Shown: positions 57,671 through 64,000 of the stretch, piece after piece
Layout of the letters: the number at the start of each line of letters is the position of its first letter
Position numbering within the stretch: position 1 is the stretch's first letter
Source: Gemmatimonadota bacterium
GTDB taxonomy: Bacteria; Gemmatimonadota; Gemmatimonadetes; JACCXV01; JAHWKZ01
Assembly: GCA_046261835.1 (NCBI GenBank)
Contig: JBHEOA010000176.1
Span: forward strand, 8,588 to 72,587
DNA length: 64,000 nucleotides
Direction: 5' to 3'
Program-made: the position numbers and the translations under genes
Notes under the pieces: generated by a model
Told to the model about the DNA's origin: nothing
The model's input: only the letters and a program-made list of their open reading frames with translations
Database searches by the model: none

Positions 57671-58221
57671 GCATTCTCCCCGATCGCGAGATCGCGCGCC
57701 TGGCGCGCGAGCAGGGAATGATCGAGCCATTCGAGGAAGGTCAGGTCCGCGGCGGGGCGATCTCGTACGGACTCTCGTCCTACGGCTACGACATTCGGGT
57801 CGCCGACGAGTTCAAGGTCTTCACGAACATCTACAGCGTGGTCGTCGATCCCAAGGCGTTCGATCCGCGCTCGTTCGTCGACATCCAGGACGACCACTGC
57901 ATCATCCCACCCAACTCGTTCGCCCTCGCGCGCACGCTCGAGTTCTTCCGCATCCCAAACGACGTACTCGTCGTGTGCGTCGGAAAATCCACGTATGCAC
58001 GCTGCGGTATATTGGTGAATGTTACCCCCCTCGAGCCCGAATGGCGTGGTCATCTGACTCTCGAGATCTCGAACACGACCCCCCTCCCGGCCAAGATTTA
58101 CGCCAACGAAGGGATCGCGCAGCTTCTTTTCTTCCGCGGCGCAGGCATCCCGGCGGTGACGTACGCGACGCGCGGAGGCAAGTACCAGGATCAGCAGGGC
58201 GTGACCCTGCCGCGCATGTAG
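57667..58221 (+). CDS. dcd: dCTP deaminase
   Basis: GTG overlaps the larE stop (GTGA). Conserved Dcd sequence (...[13 protein letters not shown]...[13 protein letters not shown]...LEISN...). Confidence 0.9.
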   Translation: MSILPDREIARLAREQGMIEPFEEGQVRGGAISYGLSSYGYDIRVADEFKVFTNIYSVVVDPKAFDPRSFVDIQDDHCIIPPNSFALARTLEFFRIPNDVLVVCVGKSTYARCGILVNVTPLEPEWRGHLTLEISNTTPLPAKIYANEGIAQLLFFRGAGIPAVTYATRGGKYQDQQGVTLPRM

Positions 58222-58222
58222 C

Positions 58223-59149
58223 ATGAGGCTTCGCTTCGAAACGATCCGGCCTGTTACACGACTGGCGCTGTCGGCTCTCGCGTGCGGCTTGATGCTGACC
58301 GCGGGATGTCTCTACGAGGCGCCGCGCCAGCTTCCCTCTTCGATCCGGATCCTCTATTCCCGGACGACACCCGACTCGTTGGGGACACAAGTCGACATCT
58401 ACTTCCTCGTCGCCCGCGAGGGGAACGAGCTCCGCCTGACAGGGGAATCGGGGGACGACCGTCAACCGACCTTCGCAGCAGGTCTTCGGAAGGTGTTCTT
58501 TTCGCGGCGATCGGGGGCACGCGACGAGATCTGGGCGATGGACCTGGACGGCAGCCAGGAGAGCACCTTACTGGCTTCCGACGGCGTCGACTTTCGCGAT
58601 CCGGCGGTGAGTCCCGACGACACTCGCCTCGCTTTCACGCGTGTGGAGAGCGGCCGGGCAGAGGTGTGGATCGCTGATATCGACGGTCGGAACCCCCGCA
58701 TGCTACTGGCCGAGGGTGGTCCCTGGCGCCAGGCCGCGTGGAGCCCCGACGGCCGGACTCTCGCGATCGTCGGCGGTCCCGAGGGAGCGGGCCGGATCCA
58801 CCTCCTCCCGGCGGCCGGTGGTGCTCCGCGGCCGCTCGCCGCCGGAGGCGATTCTCAGAGCGATCCGGCATGGAGCCCCGACGGAGCTCGCATCGCCTTC
58901 GTTCAGGGCACGGGGCGCTCGGCCGAGATCGCCGTCGCCGAGGTAACGGGTGGAGGCGCGACTCGCCTCACCGAGAACGAGGTGTCCGATGCGGCGCCCG
59001 CATGGAGTCCCGACGGCGAACGGATCGCGTTCGTCTCACGTCGGCCGAACGGCCGCGACAACGTCTGGCTGATGGACCCCGACGGCCGGAACGTCGAGTC
59101 GCTGACTCGCCACGATCGCTCCGACGCCCAAGACCCCGACTGGCTCTAG
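58223..59149 (+). CDS. TolB-like PD40 beta-propeller lipoprotein
   Basis: Lipobox (LMLTAGC). Repeated SPDG...(LA)F PD40 motifs. Confidence 0.7.
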   Translation: MRLRFETIRPVTRLALSALACGLMLTAGCLYEAPRQLPSSIRILYSRTTPDSLGTQVDIYFLVAREGNELRLTGESGDDRQPTFAAGLRKVFFSRRSGARDEIWAMDLDGSQESTLLASDGVDFRDPAVSPDDTRLAFTRVESGRAEVWIADIDGRNPRMLLAEGGPWRQAAWSPDGRTLAIVGGPEGAGRIHLLPAAGGAPRPLAAGGDSQSDPAWSPDGARIAFVQGTGRSAEIAVAEVTGGGATRLTENEVSDAAPAWSPDGERIAFVSRRPNGRDNVWLMDPDGRNVESLTRHDRSDAQDPDWL

Positions 59150-59226
59150 CCCCTCAAGAAGCCACCGCGCCACCGCGCGGCCGAGTTCGAAGATCCGAAA
59201 GCAACCGCGAAGATTTGCTGTTTAGC

Positions 59227-59360
59227 GACGCGGCGTGGGGGAAGGTCCCGACGAGACGTTAAAACTCGGTCGAAGTTGGCAAGGCAGGAATGAGTACCGC
59301 GATCGGGATCTTAGAAGGCCCACGGCAGCGTCTCGTCGGGGCCTTCCCCCACGACGCTTC
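59227..59360. repeat. large imperfect inverted repeat (about 32-bp arms, about 70-nt AT-richer loop) between convergent genes
   Basis: Core arms GGGGGAAGGTCCCGACGAGACG (59237-59258) and CGTCTCGTCGGGGCCTTCCCCC (59329-59350) with one mismatch. Flanking partial complementarity extends the arms. It ends 4 nt from the carD stop. Confidence 0.5.
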
Positions 59361-59363
59361 CGA

Positions 59364-59915
59364 CTAAGCCGTCTTGGCCGCGCCGTTAGCGCTCGCCATA
59401 GTCTTTTCCAGATACGCGACCGCCCCGTCGTACGACAGATCCTTGATGAGAGCGATCTCGCTCACCAGAAGATCGCGGGTCTTCTCGAAGATCCGCTGAT
59501 CGCTGGTCGAGAGCCCGTTCTCCGCCCACTTTGGATAGAGATCGCGAAGGACCTCACCGACCTGCATCGGGTCGCCGCTTTCGAGCTTCGTCTTCACCTG
59601 TTTCATGCGGCGATTGAAGTTGCGATTGAGCTCTTCGGGGGCCGAAGTAAGTGTCTTGCGCAGCTCGCGGAAGCGGCTGTTGTTGAGTGGCGGGCGGATC
59701 GCTGAAAGCTCCACGCTGCCGCGTGGCACAAAGATCTTCCGGTCCTTGGACACGCACCGGATCTTGAGGCACTCGATCCTGTCGCCGCCGACCTCGATCG
59801 ACTCGATCCCGGCGACGTACCCACCGCCGTACTGGGGATGAACTACCTTGTCATGAACCTTGAAGTCGTGGACCTTGAAGTCCCGACCCTTGAAGTCATT
59901 GTTTCGGGTGGGCAT
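59364..59915 (-). CDS. carD: CarD/CdnL-family RNA polymerase-binding transcription factor
   Basis: N-terminal CarD_CdnL_TRCF domain (...FKVHDKVVHPQYGGGYVAGIE...). The N-terminus contains tandemly repeated DFKV units. An upstream in-frame ATG lies at 59933. Confidence 0.8.
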   Translation of the reverse strand: MPTRNNDFKGRDFKVHDFKVHDKVVHPQYGGGYVAGIESIEVGGDRIECLKIRCVSKDRKIFVPRGSVELSAIRPPLNNSRFRELRKTLTSAPEELNRNFNRRMKQVKTKLESGDPMQVGEVLRDLYPKWAENGLSTSDQRIFEKTRDLLVSEIALIKDLSYDGAVAYLEKTMASANGAAKTA

Positions 59916-59935
59916 ATTCGCTCCGGGAGTCACTA

Positions 59936-60133
59936 CTAACCTCGACGACTGCGGGAGCGGAGCTTGCGTTGCCGGCGTTCGCTCGGTTTCTCGTAGTGGC
60001 GCTTGCGCTTGAGCTCGGAGAAGATGTTCGACTTCTTGACCTCGCGGCGGAAGCGTTTCAGCGCGCTTTCCAACGATTCGCCTTCGCGAACGTGAACCTC
60101 GGCCATACGGATCCCTTCTTCGTAACGCGGCAT
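59936..60133 (-). CDS. rpsU: 30S ribosomal protein S21
   Basis: MAEVHVREGESLESALKRFRREVKKSNIFSELKRKRHYEKPSERRQRK is the canonical S21 sequence. Confidence 0.9.
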   Translation of the reverse strand: MPRYEEGIRMAEVHVREGESLESALKRFRREVKKSNIFSELKRKRHYEKPSERRQRKLRSRSRRG

Positions 60134-60158
60134 TGGGATGCGGACAGGGTAATAAAGA

Positions 60159-60737
60159 GTGACAGACTATAAAGTTAGAAGATTCTCATTAGTGAGTCAA
60201 GGAAGATCCGCTGGATCGGCGATGGCGATGCTCCTGACCGTTTTGGCTTGCGCGGCTCCCGTCTCGACGATGCGGAGTCCCTATCATCTCCGCGTGGTCG
60301 AGGTCCGTAACGATTCGGATCAGCTCCGCACCCTCAAGATCGAACCGGCCGCGGACCAGCACCTCGGCTCCGCCACCACCTTCACCGGCATGCTGCGTCC
60401 CGGCGAGGTCAAGGTCCTCTACCTGTATCACGGCTTCGAGTACGACTTCCGGATCCTTGACCCGGCCGGCTTCAACGAGGTGACGCGGACGACGGTCGCG
60501 GTCGACCGCGACATGGGCCTGTTGTTCGCCGGCGATTCGCTGACCACCGGGACCCGGCTGGTCGCGCGGATCGGCGAGCCCACGGTGACCTTCGCCGACA
60601 GTCTCCAGGAGTCCGACCCCTTCGGACTGCGTCGCACCCGCGCGATCGAGCCCGACACGAGCCGTGGGCACTATCCTTCACCCGCCGGAGGCCACGTCGG
60701 CGAGCGGGGGAATCCCGAGAAGAGGGGAACGCCGTAG
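60159..60737 (+). CDS. hypothetical lipoprotein
   Basis: Signal peptide with lipobox (MAMLLTVLAC). The start may be GTG at 60192 or ATG at 60222 rather than 60159. An AT-rich divergent promoter region lies at 60134-60200. Confidence 0.45.
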   Translation: MTDYKVRRFSLVSQGRSAGSAMAMLLTVLACAAPVSTMRSPYHLRVVEVRNDSDQLRTLKIEPAADQHLGSATTFTGMLRPGEVKVLYLYHGFEYDFRILDPAGFNEVTRTTVAVDRDMGLLFAGDSLTTGTRLVARIGEPTVTFADSLQESDPFGLRRTRAIEPDTSRGHYPSPAGGHVGERGNPEKRGTP

Positions 60738-60769
60738 CCCGCTCCGCGCCGCGCCGGCGAAGGGCCGGG

Positions 60770-61438
60770 AAATCGGCGCGCGAAGTCCGAGCCATCCTCG
60801 ACGCGCTCGGCAGAGCGTACCCCGAGGGACGAACCGCTCTCGACTACCAGACCCCGTTTCAGCTCCTCGTGGCGACGATCCTCTCGGCCCAGTGCACCGA
60901 CGTTCGCGTGAATGCGGTCACGCCCGAGCTCTTCGCGGATCACCCCGATGCCGAGGCGATCGCCTCCATGAGCCAGGAAGACCTGGAACGGGCCATCAAG
61001 ACGTGCGGGCTCTACCGCGGCAAGGCACGGAACATCCTCGCCGCAGCGCGCACAATCGCATCCGAGCATGGGGGCGAAGTACCCGCTTCACGCGAGGCGC
61101 TCGAGCGACTCCCGGGAGTGGGCCGCAAGACCGCCAACGTCGTCCTCTCGAACGTCTTCGACGAGCCGGCGATCGCCGTCGACACGCACGTCTTCCGCGT
61201 TTCGCGCCGGCTCGGACTAGCCCGAGGAGATACGCCGCGCGAGGTCGAGGAGGAGTTGATGGCTGCGCTGCCGCCAGAATCGTGGACGTCGGCTCATCAC
61301 CGCCTCATCCTCCACGGGCGCCGCGTCTGTCAGGCGCGTCGTCCGCGCTGCGAAGAGTGTCCTTTGACCCGCTGGTGCGATTGGTATCAGGAGAACGTCG
61401 CTCGGCGAAAACCGGCTGCCCGGCGAACGAGGCGCTAG
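60770..61438 (+). CDS. nth: endonuclease III (5' boundary unresolved)
   Basis: ...ILDALGRAYPEGRTALDYQTPFQLLVATILSAQCTD. Helix-hairpin-helix LPGVGRKTANVVL. Catalytic DTH. [4Fe-4S] cluster C-x6-C-xx-C-x5-C. The conserved N-terminus extends about 30 codons upstream of the first in-frame canonical start (GTG at 60869). Confidence 0.8.
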   Translation, partial: KSAREVRAILDALGRAYPEGRTALDYQTPFQLLVATILSAQCTDVRVNAVTPELFADHPDAEAIASMSQEDLERAIKTCGLYRGKARNILAAARTIASEHGGEVPASREALERLPGVGRKTANVVLSNVFDEPAIAVDTHVFRVSRRLGLARGDTPREVEEELMAALPPESWTSAHHRLILHGRRVCQARRPRCEECPLTRWCDWYQENVARRKPAARRTRR

Positions 61439-61449
61439 CTTTGAAGAGA

Positions 61450-62109
61450 ATGTCGCTTCCCGAGCTCACGTGGCGCTTCGCCCGCGAAGCGCTGCCCTTT
61501 TTTGTGGGGTTGCTCGCGATTGCCGCCACGGCGTGGGCGCTGGGGTGGCCGCTGGTAGCGCTGGGCTCGCTTTTGGCGGCGTTCCTCGCCCTCGCCTTCT
61601 TCCGTGATCCCGAGCGTCGAACGCATGCCGATCCGGGAGTCGTGCTCGCCCCGGCTGACGGTCGCGTCGTGCGCGTCCTTTCCCCGGCCCAGGGACGGGG
61701 CGCCGTGATCTCGATTTTCCTGTCGATCTTCAACGTCCACATCAACCGGGTTCCCGTCTCGGGGCAGGTGGTTGCGGTGGAACAGAGTCCCGGCGGCTTC
61801 AAGCCCGCGTTTCGCGAGGACGCCTCCGAACGGAATGCCCACGTCGCTGTGCGCATCGAGACGCCCTGGGGAATCGTCGAGTGTGTTCAGATCGTGGGGC
61901 TTCTCGCGCGCCGCATCGTGTGCCGCCTCAAGCCTGGAGATCGGATCGAGGCGGGACAGCGCTACGGTCTAATCCAGTTCGGCTCGCGCGTAGACGTCCG
62001 ACTGCCTGCGACCGCCGCGGTTCTGGTCGAGATTGGTCGCAGGACACGCGCCGGCGTGACGGTGCTCGCACACTTGGGGGGCGATGCGCCCCGGGGAGCC
62101 GCAGTCTGA
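61450..62109 (+). CDS. psd: phosphatidylserine decarboxylase-related protein (short Asd/Psd type)
   Basis: About 219 aa. ...FRDPER..P.DG....N.HVNRVPVSG...NER.A...ETPWG...QIVGLLARRIV...FGSRVD. TTG at 61441 is an alternative start. Confidence 0.75.
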   Translation: MSLPELTWRFAREALPFFVGLLAIAATAWALGWPLVALGSLLAAFLALAFFRDPERRTHADPGVVLAPADGRVVRVLSPAQGRGAVISIFLSIFNVHINRVPVSGQVVAVEQSPGGFKPAFREDASERNAHVAVRIETPWGIVECVQIVGLLARRIVCRLKPGDRIEAGQRYGLIQFGSRVDVRLPATAAVLVEIGRRTRAGVTVLAHLGGDAPRGAAV

Positions 62110-62906
62110 GACCTAGATTCGAGCCCGTCCTGCGCGAGACCCGGCGGGCCCGGCTGCGACGCCGGATCCACCTTCTGCCGGACCTTTTCACGATTGGCAA
62201 CCTCTTCGCCGGCTATTTCGCGGTCAGCGCCGTCCTTGCTGGGCTATTCGACCGGGCGGCGATCGCGATCGTCGTCGGCTTCGTGCTCGACTCCCTCGAC
62301 GGTTCGGTGGCCCGGCTCGTCCGCACGCCTTCTCGGATCGGCGTCCAGCTCGACTCGCTGGCCGATGTCGTGACCTTTGGAATTGCTCCCGCGATCCTGG
62401 CATTGGCGTGGGGCGCCTGGCCCGCGTCGGCTACCGACCCGGTTTGGGGCGCACATCTGCGGCGATTGGCGTGGATCGCCTCATTCGCGTTCGTCGCCGC
62501 CGGCACTCTTCGCCTCGCGCGCTTCAACGTGATGTCCACGGCCCATGCGCCCGCTGCGCCGACCACGCGGCGCGAAGCGTTCATCGGAATGCCGATACCG
62601 GTCGCGGGTCTGTGCGTCGCCATCGTCCTTCATCTGATCAAAGCACCCCAGCGGGGGTGGCCCTACAGCGCCGCCGGGCTCGTCTATCTCTTCACTCTCG
62701 CCGGACTCATGGTGAGCCGCATCCCATTCCCCCACTTTCGGCACATCCTGTCGAGTCCCCGACATCCCCACCTCCTGATGCTCGTGCTTGCCCTGCTCCT
62801 GCCCGCCCTTTACTTCTACTCGGAGATCGTGCTCTTTGGTCTTCTCGGCCTGTATCTTTCCAGCGTCGTCCTGTACAACGTCCGGCGGCGCCACGGAACC
62901 GGCTAA
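62106..62906 (+). CDS. pssA: CDP-diacylglycerol--serine O-phosphatidyltransferase (CDP-alcohol phosphatidyltransferase family); probable CTG start overlapping the psd stop
   Basis: LPDLFTIGNLFAGY...DSLDGSVAR...G..LDSLADVVTFGIAP is the CDP-OH phosphotransferase motif. No ATG/GTG/TTG is in frame before that motif. CTG at 62106 sits in a CTGA junction with the psd TGA. Confidence 0.75.
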   Translation: MRPRFEPVLRETRRARLRRRIHLLPDLFTIGNLFAGYFAVSAVLAGLFDRAAIAIVVGFVLDSLDGSVARLVRTPSRIGVQLDSLADVVTFGIAPAILALAWGAWPASATDPVWGAHLRRLAWIASFAFVAAGTLRLARFNVMSTAHAPAAPTTRREAFIGMPIPVAGLCVAIVLHLIKAPQRGWPYSAAGLVYLFTLAGLMVSRIPFPHFRHILSSPRHPHLLMLVLALLLPALYFYSEIVLFGLLGLYLSSVVLYNVRRRHGTG

Positions 62907-62958
62907 ACGGGGACCTGCCCACCGGAGTTTGAGTCACGACAACGCGAGGAGTTCTCGT

Positions 62959-63555
62959 CTGGCCGACATCGATCCCGACGTCTTGACGCGCGCCCAGGAG
63001 GGCGATCGCGCCGCGTTCGACGAGCTGGTCCGCTTCTACCGCCAGGACCTGCTGAGGGTCGTCTATCGTTTCGTCGGCAACTACGAGGATGCGCGCGACG
63101 TGCTCCAGCATGTCTTCGTCAAGGTCTATCTCAACATCGACCGGTGGCAGCCGCGAGCGCCGTTTTGGTCGTGGCTCTATCGGATCGCGGTGAACGAATC
63201 CCTCGGCTGGAAGAAACGTGAGCAGCGGCGTTACAGTCTGGTCGCCCCGATCGAGGACAGCTCCCTGCCCGAAGCCTCCAGCGGGGCGCCTTCACCGCTC
63301 GACGAGGTCGCGTGGCGCGAGATGGGGCTTCGTGTCCTCGAAGCGATAGAGCAGCTGCCCGAGATGCAAAAGGCGACCTTCGTGCTACGCTTCCGCGAAC
63401 AGCTCTCGGTGAAGGAGACGGCCGCGATCCTCGGCTGCGCCGAGGGTACGGTGAAGGCCAACGGTTATCACGCGATCCGGCGCCTGCGGAAGATCCTGGG
63501 AGCCGACGCGATCGAATGGGGGGCGGGGGAGGAATCCCTCGCACAAGGAGAATGA
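62959..63555 (+). CDS. ECF-subfamily RNA polymerase sigma-70 factor
   Basis: Region 2 (...AQEGDRAAFDELVRFYRQDL...YRIAVNESL). Region 4 (...LPEMQKATFVLRFREQLSVKETAAILGCAEGTVKA...). GAGGAG (62946-62951) lies 7 nt upstream of the CTG at 62959. The alternative canonical start TTG at 62983 lacks a Shine-Dalgarno sequence. Confidence 0.75.
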   Translation: MADIDPDVLTRAQEGDRAAFDELVRFYRQDLLRVVYRFVGNYEDARDVLQHVFVKVYLNIDRWQPRAPFWSWLYRIAVNESLGWKKREQRRYSLVAPIEDSSLPEASSGAPSPLDEVAWREMGLRVLEAIEQLPEMQKATFVLRFREQLSVKETAAILGCAEGTVKANGYHAIRRLRKILGADAIEWGAGEESLAQGE

Positions 63556-64000
63556 GTCCACTCAAATGCCATACGGTCCGTGAGGCGATTTGGGAGCGCG
63601 CGGCGAGCGCGGGGCCCGCACCGCTCACGCCGGCCCTGGCCGATCACCTGGCGTCGTGCAACGGCTGCCAGGTGGAGGGCCGCGCGGTCGCGGATCTCCT
63701 CGAGGTGGCGCGGACGTACCCCACCCCGACACCTCCAGCCGACATCTGGGACGGGTTCGACGAGGAGCTCCGTCAGCAGCTGTCGGCGGCCGGACGCGAG
63801 CCGTCGGCGTGGCTCCGGTGGGGACGACGACGCATCACCTCGATGGCGGCCGTTCTCGTCGTAGGATTCGCGCTGGGTATCGCCGCTGCCCGGTTGGGAG
63901 GCTCCACAGAGGGCGAGCGGACCGCCGCCGAACAGGCGCTTCTCGCCGAGCTGACAGAAGACGCTCGGCTCGAGGCGTACCGGCTCCAGATCGAGGAGCG
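63552..64000 (+). CDS. anti-sigma factor (zinc-binding ChrR/RsrA-like N-terminus, single transmembrane helix); 3' end outside window
   Basis: ATG overlaps the sigma-factor stop (ATGA). H-x3-C-x2-C motif (HLASCNGC). A transmembrane helix (ITSMAAVLVVGFALGIAAA) downstream. Open to the window edge. Confidence 0.5.
   Translation, partial: MSPLKCHTVREAIWERAASAGPAPLTPALADHLASCNGCQVEGRAVADLLEVARTYPTPTPPADIWDGFDEELRQQLSAAGREPSAWLRWGRRRITSMAAVLVVGFALGIAAARLGGSTEGERTAAEQALLAELTEDARLEAYRLQIEE

Overview
This 64 kb window is a high-GC (roughly 68-70%) chromosomal segment from a Gram-negative bacterium. The gene content suggests a soil Gemmatimonadota- or Acidobacteriota-like organism, but that is only a guess. 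It is gene-dense, and many neighbouring genes overlap by 4 nt (GTGA or ATGA). I found no rRNA, tRNA, CRISPR array or mobile element.

Main contents in order:
- 1-9 kb: a SusC/SusD-like outer-membrane import pair, two small lipoproteins, a di-heme cytochrome c peroxidase and an FG-GAP/ASPIC-UnbV protein, with a convergent cytochrome-c/copper-monooxygenase-like/TPR fusion protein.
- 9-12 kb and 24.9-28 kb: two paralogous proteins of about 1000 aa, each with an HExxH motif, PD40 beta-propeller repeats and an Omp85-like C-terminal barrel.
- 12.1-12.8 kb: a vapBC toxin-antitoxin pair.
- 12.8-21.9 kb: an M28 peptidase, four amidohydrolases, a DedA protein with an FAD disulfide oxidoreductase, and BolA-Grx4.
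- 22-24.8 kb: the rpsF-rpsR-(DUF2232)-rplI-rsfS cluster.
- 28-49 kb: a DUF885-like protein, a SPOR protein, smc, fur, a pdaD-speB polyamine pair, khtT with a CPA2 antiporter, tlpA-ccdA, tsaD, pilD and neighbouring housekeeping genes.
- 49-64 kb: a GAF-GGDEF-HD-GYP protein, comM, a short UvrD-like helicase, larE, dcd, carD, rpsU, nth, psd-pssA and an ECF sigma/anti-sigma pair.

Most notable observations:
- A new family of three intercistronic structured repeats of about 120 nt (after rpsR, pdaD and ccdA). Each has a roughly 18 bp closing stem with compensatory base changes and a conserved G-G mismatch.
- A recurrent CTGA junction where the downstream gene has no canonical start but a conserved N-terminus, consistent with CTG initiation (vapC, DUF885-like, pssA). 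An ECF sigma gene has a GAGGAG Shine-Dalgarno upstream of a CTG, and nth and one lipoprotein also lack canonical starts.
- The two paralogous HExxH-PD40-Omp85 proteins.
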